A DNA stretch of 64,000 nt from Paragordius varius (GCA_964247055.1 OZ176052.1:8804001-8868000), one strand, 5' to 3'. Positions 11,030 to 25,148 are shown, counted from the stretch's first letter. The notes: generated by a model not told the origin, from the letters alone. Made by a program: numbers and translations.

Positions 11030-13100
11030 ACCATCTATAGCATTTATGCTCCCAAGATAGGGTTGATAAATTTTGAGAAAGATATATTTTATGATTTGTT
11101 TGACGGAAAATTAACTTTATTACCGAAAGACAGATTTATCATATAATGTGATGATTTCAATGGCCATGGGACAAAAATTTGAGCCTTGGCATGGCGGAAA
11201 AGGTTTGGGGTAATGAAGAAAGGGCTAGTTTATTGAGATTTGCTCAATCTTATGACATAGCTATAACAAGCACCCTGTTTAAAAAAGGGATAGTCATTTA
11301 ACACTTCGATTCAAATTGGGGTATCTAAATACCCCAGACTAAATTTAAATTATAATTTTTTAAAAACTACTGAACGAAACGGTCCCAATTTAAATTTATG
11401 CTTCTATTTGATAAATATTATATAAATATGCCAAATATCTTGATAAAATTTTGTTTTGAAAAAAAAGTTTCATCTCAAACTACTTCGACGCCATTTTAAT
11501 TTACAAAAATTTTGCAATCGTCTTCATTTACTTTTAAGGGTAAAACTAAAGATTATTTTTTATATAAATTACATCTAACATTGATAGAAATAGAAAAAGC
11601 GGTTTATTTTGTATTATTTTTTAATTTTACACGTTGACACATATCACGTTGACTAAATTTTTACCTTTCAGTTTCAGCTCAAAATAAGTAATATCAAGTA
11701 TTTTTGAAAGTATTTGATTTTAAACAGGCCTGAGGTATCCAACTACCCCAATTTGAATCGAAGTACTAAAATTAGTGTGTTGTATCCAAGTGTTAATAAC
11801 CTACGAAAAAGGAAATATGAAGTCACAAATCGATAATATCCTTGCACCGTGGAAATCTTTAAAGTATGTTTTGGATTGCAAAGTCATACCTAACCTGCAG
11901 ATTAGTACATAACAACTTAATTATATATAAATATAGATATCTAATAATTGGTAAAAAGCGTAAGCTTATGACGCCGAAAGTAATTAAATGGGATTCCTTA
12001 AACGAAAGATTTGTGGAAAAGGTAGGCATTGGACTCAGGTGGCTAAACAATTAGAGAGGCGGGAGTTAAGGACTGTGGATTGAAAGGGTGTAAGGTAAAA
12101 AAGTATAAAACGTTAAACTTGAAAGATATTTATTCGGTTTTTTGTGCTCCATATATACTATTTTTAAGTGAACATAATTTGCATGATAACAAAATTTCGA
12201 TAACTAATGGATATATAAGACAAAAATATAAAAATAAGACAATGCAAATCTCACCAAAACTATAGCGTATATACATAATATATGTTTAAAATTTGCATAT
12301 GTAACAAAGGGGTAGATCACGTATAGAGAGACATGGCTGAAGAAAGAATAATTTTGAGATAGCGAGTAAAAGTGTAGCTCCTAAAATGTGGAGGGACACC
12401 CACCAAGCAGAAGACAAGGAAAATTATAAATTAATAAGGAATTTTAAAGGCATGTGAGAATGGTCAAAAAAAGAAAACGGACCTTATAAATTTTTGTGGG
12501 AAAAAAATATAGAATTAGAAGAAGATCGGGTTTTGAAAGTTCAGGAGGAATGTAAATATTTATGAGCGATTTTAGCAGCTGATGGTTCTTTTAAGCATGA
12601 TATAATATTGAAAATTCGTAGTGGCAAATTATAAAAAGATCTCAAATGTATAGTGCGATAAAAATATTGATCTAAATGTCAGGGTAATATTTACAGTACT
12701 GTTGTACAGCCAACAATGTAGTACTCACAGAGATGGGCCTTAAAGAAATTAAAAGAGAGGCACTTTGAAGTTATTGAAATGAGAATGCTTAGATTGGAGT
12801 TGGTTGTAACAAGGAAAAGACAAGGTGATGAATGTATACATTCGAGGAAGTACGGAAATTAAGCCGATATCGCAAAAGATGATGTTAAATCGTCTTAAAT
12901 GGTTTGGAGCCGCAGAAAGAAAAAAATTATAATACATTGGTAAAAAGATTGATGATTATAGTGTGAACGGTAAGGGGGGAAGAGGGCGCCCTAAAACGCG
13001 ATGGATAGATATGGTAAAGATGGACATAGCAAAACTGAACCCAAAACGCTACGACGCCATCAGGGTCCTATGGCGAAATAGTTTAGGGATATGACCGCTG
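11030..13100 (+). mobile_element. Decayed RTE-type LINE (endonuclease and C-terminal parts) interrupted by a MITE
   Basis: AP-endonuclease motifs SIYAPKIG, DDFNGH and SHL|ITYEKGNMKSQIDNIL. C-terminal motifs EMRMLR, RLKWFG and GRGRPKTRWID. Many stops and frameshifts. Confidence 0.8.
11302..11792 (+). mobile_element. piggyBac-type MITE (family A)
   Basis: TTAA on both sides (11298-11301, 11793-11796). CACTT/AAGTG termini. Internal inverted repeat CTTCGATTCAAATTGGGGTA flush with the left end and about 30 nt inside the right end. Confidence 0.88.
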
Positions 13101-14094
13101 GAAATAGTGTTTATAAAGTAATTATTATGATTATTGACGCATTCTTATAAAAAATGTGTTGACATATTTAATTTTTAATCACCCTTAATTTTTTTCAATG
13201 ATTTTGGTTGAACTAGGAATCTATCCATGGGCAAATGCAAAAATTCGCTCAATTATTGTTTTTCACAAAAGAAATATTTAAAACTTAATAACTTTATTTG
13301 GTTTTATACGTTTTCCAAAAAATTGCTTCAGAGAAATATTTTTGCAAATATTTTTGCAAATTTTTTTCGCCAAAGCTAAATAAGCCGTTAACTCCCTAAT
13401 CGAATTGAAGTTTATAAACACGTGTGAAAATTTATAATTTCAACTTATAAGTAAAATTTAGCCTATTAAACCATTCGCTATATTTTATCGACATATGTGG
13501 CATTTTTATATCTCATATCGTATGAGTGTTTTTATGAAAATTAACAGATTAATAAAAAGAGAGACAATATAAAGATAAATAAATGGAGAATAGACATTTT
13601 ATATAAAACAGACACTTAGATGTCAAATTTTAAATGTTAAAATAATTTATTAAGATGGTAAAGCGACAATGATCCACATTAAAGTATTTATAATTAATAA
13701 CATGATTATATTTACATTATGCATTTTAATGGTTGCTTATTTCAAAGTTGGGGAATTCGCAACACAAAAGTGTATGAAAAAAACAACAAAATGTTGAATA
13801 AATAATTTTTTCCTTTCTAATATTACTTTGTTTTATTCAATATTTTGTTATTTTTTCCATTACAGTGTTGCAAATTGCCTATCTATAGTATGAAATACGA
13901 AACGATTAAAATTCATACTGTATATTTGGGTATATAATAAAAATAAAATATATAAATATAAAATAATTTCGCGTCAGTCATGATATATATATCAAAAATT
14001 GACAAATTCTAAGCGACATTTATAAATGATATTTTATGACTATTTTAGAATTAAATAATAAATGAGTTTAGTTGTAAACAATGTGAAAAAAGAA

Positions 14095-17000
14095 TTATTC
14101 ATTAACATGGCCAATCATGGCGACAGAATCAATTATGTATTGAAATGAAAATGGTTCAAAGAGGTAGCCACTTCCTTCATAAAATTTGCTTTGGAATTCC
14201 ACCCTATATGAAGATAAATAAAAAGGTTAATAATATATAAGTGATAAAAATATTGGCCAAACATACAAAGAATTCGTACGCGCTTTAAAATAAAATGTAT
14301 TGATTTTATGAGGAGCCAAATTAATATTTAAATATATATATATATATGCGTGATTATAAAAATGCGTTTGAATTGAAGCATAAAAATTACATTGTTTAAT
14401 ATTATCGTATAATCATATAATAATATGGTAAGAAACGTTAAAAAAATTATTTGATGTAAATAAATTTACTAGTTGGTATATAAAAATCCAGTCAATTAAT
14501 TAATAAGTTTACCAATGGAGACGCAAAGCATGCAAAAAAGCTGAAAGCCCCTCCATAAACAATAAAATCGCGACGGTTAAAACGGCCCAAACAGCGAAAA
14601 CGCAAAAAAGGACCAAACCACCCACACTGCTTGTGAAAGTGAAACCAATGTGAAAAACCATTTGCCATAGTACTTCAGATAATTCTAAATAAAATAAACA
14701 TAAAAATAAATAATTGCAGACAAACGTGTATATTAACTAAGGAAAAAAAATAGATAGAAAAACTATCAAATATAATTACATGAGAAATGTTTAAAAATGT
14801 ATTCAACCTTAACTTATATTTATATGAATGATTAGAAATTAATCAACTTCTCAGTATAATTAAAAAATTTTATTACATTTATAAAATAAAAAATTTACGT
14901 GCATGAGCCAAACTCAATGCCCAAAGTCGAAGGTATGAAGCCGTGTGTGATAAGCATCCCAAACAAAACTCAATCGTATGGATGCATTGTTCAATGAATA
15001 TTTCTCCGAAATTAAATTTCTAAAGCAAAACAAAATAATTAAATATACGGATGGTAAATATAGAGTAAAAGTAAAATTATTTAGGTAAAACGTAAAATCT
15101 TAATAGCAAATATTTATTGTGAAAGAAAATCCTACTTCTTCGAACCTTGATTTTTCGTATGTATAATACTAGATACAAATCAAAATTAAATAACGAGTTA
15201 CCAATGCAATTCCCCATTTCGCAAAACCAAAAGGACAAGTTTATTATTAAAAATCATAAATATTTTTTTTATTTTTACGTCTAGTCTGTAAATTTTAAAA
15301 AAACCATGCTTTTTTAAAAGCTTTATTTTTCAACATACAAACCTTTGTGAAATATAGATTAGAATGTGTTTTTCAACCCAGATCAAGTTTTTATGATTTC
15401 AAAAATATGGCTATAAAACACAAAATGATTGTCTTAAATTTATATATTTTATCTGTATAATTTCAATTTCCATTAATAAAATTTTTGTACAAAAATAACC
15501 TCTTCCCCATCATCGCTAGATTCGGAGCCTATGGGTTTTGGAGTTGTACCATTAACAGTATCTCTGCTAGAGCTTATAGAACTTCGAGCAGGATTGTTAA
15601 CATTGTTTGGGCTCAACAATCCATGCTGTATGATGATGATGTGAATTGAAAATAAAAATCTTAAAGCTTTATATAACATGGATATGCTTACTTTATATAT
15701 TTTATAAGTTAATTTGAACGAGATTGATCATAAAATTCATATAATACTGTGATTTAATAATTTTTTCTAAAAATGACATAAACTAAAAACATTTTAAAAA
15801 ATATAGTGGTTTAAGTTATAATATAATATGTAGACCAATAATAATTTTTCAGTTATTTCGAAATCCATACATAAATAAAATATATTATGAACAACAAAAC
15901 GTGCATTATATTTCTTATCAAGCATAAAAGTTCCATGCTGTAACAACGTGCAAAAATTATATTACACCAAATCGAACGATATAGTTTCAAAAATTGTTTT
16001 CACCAACTTTTGATTAACTTTTCTATGAAAAAAAAAAAAACAAAATATATGGATATGACACACCTCATCTTTTTCATTAACAACCGATAATCTTCGATCA
16101 GGACTATTTGAGGGTCTAGGTTTAACACTGCTGGTTGTAGACGAAGTTACAAACTGCTTGGTTAGCCTACGAGCCCCATGGACATCAGGACTGGTTGAAT
16201 GGGAAACATCCACAACCGGATTCTCAGCGCCCATTAATTGAGTCATTCGCTGATAAGTAAGCGATAAGAATTGGAATTATATCGGAGGGGGGTTTTTGTA
16301 TGAAAGAAAAAGTAAAAAGTTTTATTTTTGTGGATTAAGGATGTGGATTAAGGACTGTTTTTGCTATTAATCAAATTATATCTTATACCAGCCACGATTG
16401 AAGTAAACTATGTTTCACAAGTTTTATAATTTATTTTTATCCCATAAATATAATAAAACAATTAAAATGCCTATATGACTGTTAAAGGAAGTATATATAA
16501 TAATATTTTTTACAAGTGTTAAAAAAACATTAAAAGCTACATATTTTTTAATTATGATATTGAGTAAAATGCATGAATTATAATGAATTAACACCTGAGC
16601 TTTTTTTAAAAGAATGAGGCTAAATTGTTGTTACATAACGATTTATATTTAATGTACTATATAGTAACTGCACAAAAAATCGAATCCTATTCACAAAAAT
16701 ATTCTCTTTTTCTGTTGACTACGAGTCGATTTTAGACTTTATTTAATTTATAAATATATTTTTTACAGTACTATTTTTGTCGTTTTTGGCAATATTTCAG
16801 GATCGGGTGCTTAAAAATGGGTTTAATTTATGGATTCCTTTTTAAAAAATGTAGTATATAAATATTATGAGTGATAAACTCAATTTTTGTAATTAAACAA
16901 ACTGAAATCATACTCATATAATGTAAAATACTATTGATTTTGAATTTTAAAATTAAGTAATTAAAATGAATAAACAAAAATTCAAAAATAAAAGGCCTAG

Positions 17001-20000
17001 AAATGGAGACACCTTTATAATTTATTATAAATTTTTAACATAACATTTGATATGAGTGATTACCAAAAAGAATAATGTTAGCCACATATATATTTAAAAT
17101 TTCGAAAAATGTGCACCAAATCCTGAATTATTGCAAAAACATATATAAAATTACTACCAAATAATTTATAATACCTTAGAGTTTGAAAATAATACCTATG
17201 AAATAATTTTTTTAGTATATTTTATCAAAAAAAACAATTGTCATCCATATATAATAAACTAATTAAAAAAATTTGAGACAATATGGCTGATACAAGATAT
17301 TATTTCGTTAACAGAAAAATGCAATCAAAATATTATAATAAAAATATATCCAATTTACAACTTTATTAGTAAGTTATTATTTATTTGTTAGCATTATGAT
17401 CGCGGCGTTAATTGGCTGATAGGAAAAATAAAGTAAGGTCATTAATGGGTTAGTGAAATATTGGACTTAGGGTTATGTGTCGATTAAGCCTGAATGGAAA
17501 TTATCATTAAAAGTAAGAATATAGAAGAGCTGGTTCAAAAAACACTCTGCACCATCAACCATTTTTCAAATCATCAAATCAATAAAAGGGAAAATAAAAT
17601 AGAAGAAAGATTGGTTTAACTTAGAATTTCCAAGCTATTCCGAAGAAACAAATCAAAACGGAATCAATTCTTAGTATGGAATTAATAATAATCTGCACTA
17701 AGCATTATTATGAATTGCTCCAAACAGTATATGTGCATTAAAATATAAATTAAACGGTAGAATATTATTACCTACAATTTTTAACTTTTACAAACATTTC
17801 CAAACTATAACAGAGAGAGCCAAAGTCTTTTTAACAGGAAACTTTAAATAAATTCTTCCATTTGAAAATTTGAGAGACTACAAAATCTTTATCGCATCAT
17901 GTAAAATGATCGATAACGACACAACGAAAGAAAAAATAACGGAGACAACTTTATTGAATATAATTATGGAATTTTATAGAAATAGATGAAATAGTAGAGA
18001 TAGAATACATGCAAAAAATAGGGTATAAGCAGTGTAGCATGCAAGTAAGCAAGCAAGGAGTTTTTATAATAATATAAATTTACACAACATACCTTGCCAA
18101 AATGTTTGTGCTTTCGACGCAAAATCAATGGTTTTGGTAAAAGCATCCAGGGTATACATAGCACAGCAATAAGTACCAGTGCCAATTGTAAAGGTTTCTA
18201 ATAATAATAAAAATGACAAAATGCAATTTCAATTAAAAGTCTAGTATAAAAAAGATTTATAGATTATTTATATTTTTTACACATGTTCTTTTTTGATATC
18301 CAGGATATGATATAGAAACCAATATTACCTTCTTTATAAATATTTTGGGAGCAAAAATGGTTTCAAAAATAGTTCGTTCATTATTGTAACGACGGTGCCA
18401 AAAAATATTATTTTCTTGAAATTAATTCTTTAAATTGTTCAATAAAAGGAAAGTGGAGTGTAATAAAATTTACTGTTTATGATTTTACTGTCATTCACAA
18501 TTGTATCAAACTAATTATTTAGAGAATGAAACCGATAAAAACCATATAAAATACAATAAAACAGTATTCAAAACTAGTATGTTTTTCAACAAAAAAATTA
18601 AAGCCGGTACCAAACGAAATTCCAATTTGAATCCTTAATTTTTAAAGCGCATTATTTTATGCATGGCTTTAATTTGGACAAGATTACGTTAAATATCGAG
18701 AAGACCTCACTAATTTCATTTCCGTTTAAAGGAAGAATTATATGGGTCATAAAAAGCATCATGAACTTTTGAAAAAAATATTATACTTAAATTTTTTAAA
18801 TTAAGTTTAATTAATATTAAATTAAATATATTATAATAAATAAAAAAATGGTAAAAAATAATTAATTTATTTTTTTTGGCTCAAACTTAAAATTAGGAAC
18901 TTATTCTTAAATCGGAAAAGTGAATGATAATCAGCATGAGCGAATAAATATATTATAGACGCGTTGTTTGTATAAAAAAGCTAATGAGGGGGCCACTATA
19001 GGTGAATAATAAAAATTAAGCATAAACTTGTCCAGCATATAAGTATGGACTACACTCCCCAGGTTTCGTTGGAGGAGGATAACTCACCAAAAACATATTA
19101 ATGAGATTTATTAGTAGGCTAGGAGCACACCGTGAATCCCACGGTCTAACTTTAATCCATTTAATGAAAATGACTATACACAAATACCCAAACAGGCAAA
19201 AGAGAAACAGGAACTGTGGAATAAATTCGAACCAAATGTTAAGGGGATGTTTGAAATATCTAGATAAGATAAGAGAAGATAAAAAAATATATACATTTTT
19301 TAAACAATTTTTTTTCGGTTTTTGGTAAGGTGGAAAGATTTAAAGCCCAATGATTTGAATATATATAAGTAATAACAAAGTAATTCAAGTCATATTCCTA
19401 TAATTCATCATATTATAAAAAGTGTAAAGTATCAACTCTTAAGATATTATCCCGATAACGTAAATACTAATAATAAAGCTCAAAAGAATTTTTTAACAAA
19501 ATCTAAATGCTAAATATGTATATATTACGTGTGATTCCACATAGATAAACATATCCCTAACATCATATGTATAACGCCCAAAATGATAGAAATTTTCATT
19601 TTATAGCTGTTGGAGAAGGTGATTTTATTGGATGAAAGAATCCAAACAGGATCAATGGCATAGGGGTAAGGTGATCCACGATATACGCGTGGAATGATAG
19701 CCGGATCCAATGTTATAGATGCGGTGTCCGTAACAGACGTCATATTCACTGGGACTAACTGGTATGGTTTTTTGTATAATTTTATAATAATGCGTTGTAT
19801 TTTCTTATAAAAATATTTTTAATAAAGTTTATATTAGTTTAATATCCTTGATCTTCGTACCAAACATTACATAATCAAAATTCTCTCTCCTTAAAAGAAT
19901 CAAAATTCAAATTATATAATATAATTAGGTTTTCTTACAATAAATCAAGTTTGATTTCAATTTTTTTTATATTTGAAAAGTATTTTACTTCTCCTGGATA

Positions 20001-23000
20001 GCTAGGAATGAATGTATCCGGCATATCACTGTACCAAGAAGTTCCAAACACATTAAAGGCCTTGGAAAAGATATCATTGTAAAGCAAGCCAGTATATATG
20101 GAAAATAGTCCCATAGCCAACATAATGTACCTCCCAGCAAAAAATAGACCAAATGTCTAAATATTCATTTAAAAATTTTCAAATTAAAAAAAAACTTTTT
20201 TTGTGAAAGAAAAAACGTTAATTTATTAGTAAAATAAAACGTTTCCGAATGCTTTCCTAACTCCTAACATTGTTAGTTTTTAGGAGTTTAGAATAGATTT
20301 TTTCTGTCACTTTACCATTTTACGCTCTTAATTACATTGTAATAATTGGACTATTTGTAATTTTTTAGAAAATGTAAAATCAAAAACGAGTAGACTAAAA
20401 ATAATGCAAACGGAATCGCAACAAATATATTTAAGAAAACAATATAAACGGAATCAATCGCAAAAAATTGGCACCCAAATTAGTATAAAACTGCTATTTT
20501 TTGAAAAAATTGTAAAACCGGAACCAACAAATAATGATTCGAAACCGTATCAGGTTTAAATCCATGAAAATCGTAAAAAAAGCTTAATATACAAATTATG
20601 CAGAAATAACTATAATGTTTAATTGTACCTCACTCCTCCCCAATGATGCAAGAGCTTTTTCCCTCCAACACATCCAACCGGCAAACAGAGTCATAAGTAA
20701 ACCATGTCCAGCATCCCCAAACATGACAGAAAAGAGAAATGGAAAGGATACAATCGTATATGGGGCTAAAATTTGACGTCAGATACAGAAAGAGCGATAA
20801 TTTTAAGATAAGAAAGCGTAAAAATAAGACAAATATTTATATGACAAAAAGATATCCATACTTTTTTAAATTTTTTCAAATTTTTTATATATTTTGATGA
20901 TTTTAATTCTTAAAATGGTATAATGTGCTATCAATTTACATCTCTATTGCATGATTTATCAAAAATTAAGGTTTAAAAATATGGTTGTCTTTTTTTACTG
21001 CTAAAGTGATATATTTTGTTTACTAAAAAATTTAGATACTATATCTACAAAAAATATAAAACCTGGATTAACTTCCCTATATTTAGCCGCACCGTAAGCA
21101 TCGACGATATTTTGAAAACCTGAGGTGTATTTGTTAACCTATATGTAAATGTATTTATAATCCAATTTCATGTATATAATCATGTCACATAAAAAACACA
21201 ATAAAAATAAATACTTTACTTTATTATAAGTGGGAGGTGAAACACTTGAAGGAATTTCCATTTTATTCATGATACAAGGAACAGTGCTACCAGAATTTTC
21301 CTAAATTACAAATTTACCATATTTATATTTCACAAAAAATAGTGATAAAAACTAAATTTTATAACTTAACCAATTTAAATAATAAAATAAAAGTTGTTGG
21401 AAACCTCTCCACGCTTAAGAGCCATACGGATTTTATCCAACTCTGGGACAGGACACCAGCCCTCAGCAATCAAACATTTGTTCGTGACATCAATGCTAAA
21501 CATATTAAGGCTGTGATAGATTGCCTTAATTTTTCGGACTTTAATGTACCAAATTTTAATGTTTTTCGCAGCAGCCACTAAAACGCGATGTCGATGCTCT
21601 TGTGTTTGGCTCAAAACCTATTTGAATGAATTAGTAAATATTGAATATTTTGCTTAAATCCGTTTCTATATTTTTATTTTTTTTAAGAAAAAAAAGGCTT
21701 GATGTTATCATTGATTACATGGGTTAGGAGCTTTATTGATTTTTATTGGAAACAAGTACTGAGCAGGAATATATATTAGAGTTTCTAACCAATATAACTA
21801 TTTTTCATTAAAAATAAAAATGCCATTAGAATTTTTAAAAAATTTGATTTATAGAATTTACGTACAATAATCAAACGCTATGAAAGTAATAAAATAAAAA
21901 GAAAAATAATCATATAAAATTATGGGCAACAATGAATATATTATATTTTATCAATAAAAAAAGTGTGATTTAAATTTTCAAAAATTTTAGATAATATTTA
22001 ACTCTTTTGAGTTATATATCAAATATTTTATTGAAAAAAAAATTAAAATCAAAAATATAAAGGCAAACAGTGCTTAAATCCTCCAATCTAGTCATGACAC
22101 CCATCTCCATTTCACGGCGTTCGGCGGCAGTTTCAGGACATGGATACAAAGTTGCGCGGAAACTATAGCATTAAATTTTCAGAAAAAATTCCAATTTTTG
22201 ATAATTGTAAAGAAATAGGGATGCCCTTATTAAATCTAAAATTATTCCTTTAACAAAATATAGTAATATCTGCACAAGAATGGTTTATAGCAAATTGTTT
22301 AATAAAAAACAGGCAAAAAAATAATCATAAATTTAGTTAACATATAAAGCGGTAAGCCATTAATGAATATATATTAATTGTATACAACTTACGCTTCACA
22401 AATCTTTTTTACGCGGTTTCGCAATTGATCTCCCTGGAAAAATATCATAAAAACGACTTTGTTAACTTTGTCACCCTGAGAATATAAATGTGGATATATA
22501 GCGATGTATAATATAGAATATAAATTAGTATTAATTATCCTTTTACGAACATAAATGTATAAAAATCGATCAAATTAAGCAAATTTTTATCTAAACATCT
22601 TAATTAGGGACCTATAAAATATAATTTTAATTAAACATAGCCAGACTAATTTTTTTAATACAATGATAGATAGTAAAATATATTGACCCATAGAATTCAA
22701 AATTTCCCAAAAAAAATTATACATAAACAAACATTACATAAATCATTAAAGAGAAAGACATGTAATTTTAAAGTATATTACTGTGATAGGATCTTCCAAT
22801 GGTATATCAATGTCTGAGCGACGGAGAAATACATTACCTCGACAAGCTCTCCACAACAATTTTTCAAAGGCAGGAAAACGTTCACGTAAAATAACTCCAG
22901 CTACAAAACTAAATTTTTTGAATAACAAATTTAGTAAATAAATAATTCTGTTCAAAGTAATATTGCGATGCAAAAATTTAGATTTTATAAAAAAATATCA

Positions 23001-25079
23001 ACAAAAAAATATTTGGGGTGTGTGTAATCATCAAAGGGAAAAATAATATTAACAGGTATAATGGTTTAAATATACCAAAAAAATGATTTTTTTCAAAGAT
23101 TTTTACAATATAATGATAATAATTAATCAATATAATCAGTTTTAAATTAAAATACAAAAATTATTATTTATACAATATGGTCTGAAAAACAATATCACTA
23201 ACATCTTTCAAACGTATTTATATTTACCCAAATTACAAATCCAACATATCCACACAACCAAGTGAAACTCAAATAATATTACAGGGACATTCAAACATAA
23301 AAATCCCCTAAAAAGACAAACCCTAAATCTCCCGTAACAAAGGCCCCGATAGAAGGTGCCTTAAAGGGCAAAGCGCTATTCAATCGCCCACGAAATGATT
23401 TATCCTCATTATCCTCCATTTCTTCGGAATCCCGAACAAAGGCTTCATTCAAAGCTCCTGGACTGAAATTAAACAAGGATTTGCGATTATTGGGCGACGA
23501 GGGATCATCATCATTATCATTTTTAACATTATTGGGTGAGGAGGGGTCTTTAGTACTCTTGATACTTTCACCCTTAACCCGTTGTTTTTGTAAGGTTAGG
23601 GCTTGAGCCGCAGTCATACGCCTCAAGGCTTGATATTCCTTTTGTTGTCTCTTAAACAATTTTCTGTGCACCTTACTATCGTGTTGTTGGAAAGCTGGAT
23701 CAGGTATGGTTGCACCCATCGGGCCTTCCTCACCCCCATAGGTGTCAGTGCCTCCATAGGGATGAGTTGGAGACAAAGAACCTCCTGTGCCAATCAAAGG
23801 CATGGGAACGGCCGGATTCAAATCGATTGGCTAAGGACGAAAAGTTTAATCAGATTCGGAAAAAAAAACAATGTGGGATTAAAGACGGCTGTGAAGCAGA
23901 AAGACAGGATTAGGAGTTATATGAGTTATATCAAGAATTTAAAAAGTGTGTTTAATATTTTGTTAAACCAGCAATGATGGTAATGCGAAAGATTAGAGTA
24001 GATGATCAAGAAAGGGTGTTTGCGTCAGCAGGGAATACAAAGGTATAATTTATGCAATAAGGTAATTGAAAATACGTGTTTTAGTTTATTAATTGGCATA
24101 ATAAAGGACAGACAGAGTTAATTTGTTAGAGTAATCAAATATAGCCCTAAATAAATAATTATTCTAACCCTAAGCGTAATGATGAACCAAATCCAGTACG
24201 ACTACCACGAGGTTCCAGAGAATTCTTTCGATTGTCATTATTGTTAAAAGTATGTCCACCTTCCTCAATATCAATCAAATTGGCATTTGTAGTATTAGAA
24301 GGAGGGTTAGGTGACGCAGAGCCTATAAGATCATGGAATGTTTCATCACTGCTCAGGTTTGAGGGATTCAAAATGGATGTTGTATTTGTGGCCGCCGAAA
24401 GACCAAAACTAGATCTATGGCCACGTATGGTCATACCTCTAGGAGTTTCGTGCATCTATAGAGAGTAGTTAGCCAAAACTAATATTGTTAATATAAGCCG
24501 TTTTTAAAACATATATGTAATAGATGAAAATTAGTGAGAAAAAATAAGCAAAGCATAAAGAAAGGGCATAAGCATGGTGAATGATGATATCAAAATAATA
24601 CTTCATCAAAAAATGCGTGGGTTTTACGCAAAATTTGTTTAAGTTCGGTTAATTCCAAATAATTTTTCTTAAGCGCTTCTGCATTGGTATTGATCTCTTT
24701 CATTTCAACTTCCAATTTTTCAAATGTCGACTTAAATGTTTATTAAAATAATCCTTACTTCTAAATCTATCATTTCTCTAGGTAAGGGTGCAGGTGGGTT
24801 ATCATTTGTTTCTAACATTGGAATTTTATCTTTTTCGATTTCTTTTTGCAAGAACCTCAACTTTCTTTCCATCTCATTACATCTTCTAACTTCATTTGTG
24901 AATTTTCGTTGAAAGGCATTAACTTCGGGATTTAACTAAAAATAAATTAACCAATGTCTTACATCCCGAAACTGGACCAGGCCTAATTCACCGAGCTCGG
25001 AAATACATGAGTATGCTGATTCTGCCTGCAAGAAAAACTGGCATAAAGCCATCTCCTGACTTCTAAAAAGTTCCCCCAT
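14095..25079 (-). CDS. ATP6V0A1: V-type proton ATPase V0 subunit a (a1/unc-32/Vha100-like), about 989 aa with exon 4a or about 1063 aa with exon 4b
   Basis: Exons: 25079-24963, 24935-24759, 24730-24602, [24455-24169 or 23830-23322], 22908-22782, 22475-22393, 22162-22069, 21617-21405, 21300-21220, 21138-21063, 20765-20629, 20156-19989, 19758-19529, 19259-19028, 18197-18093, 16249-16064, 15625-15500, 15019-14899, 14684-14513, 14203-14095. All phases are compatible. Motifs [16 protein letters not shown]-like [41 protein letters not shown] (catalytic Arg) and [13 protein letters not shown]. Confidence 0.96.
23322..23830 (-). CDS. ATP6V0A1: V-ATPase a alternative exon 4b (509 nt, phase 0 to 2)
   Basis: Acceptor TTTTCGTCCTTAG, open frame [11 protein letters not shown]...VTGDL-G, donor GTTTG. 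GC-richer than the flanking introns. Confidence 0.8.
24169..24455 (-). CDS. ATP6V0A1: V-ATPase a alternative exon 4a (287 nt, phase 0 to 2)
   Basis: AG at 24457-24456, open frame MHETPRG...SSLRL-G, donor GTTAG. Confidence 0.85.
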
Positions 25080-25148
25080 AATTTATCAGGTAAATTTATT
25101 GCACCCAATAAGGTCAAAACCAAAAATATAATTCATTCGTTAATTTGC
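25080..25148. promoter_or_regulatory. 69-nt spacer between the divergent start codons of V-ATPase a and FRG1 (candidate bidirectional promoter or overlapping 5' ends)
   Basis: ATG on - at 25079 and ATG on + at 25149; both N-termini match their families. Confidence 0.6.

Noticed and set aside
17761-17790. AG|GTAAT on the minus strand in the 1.8-kb V-ATPase intron (possible recursive splice site)
   Set aside because: No polypyrimidine tract; such a short motif is expected by chance.
23603-24468. Plus-strand ORFs 23603-23977, 23710-23913 and 24232-24468
   Set aside because: Antisense shadows of the V-ATPase alternative exons.
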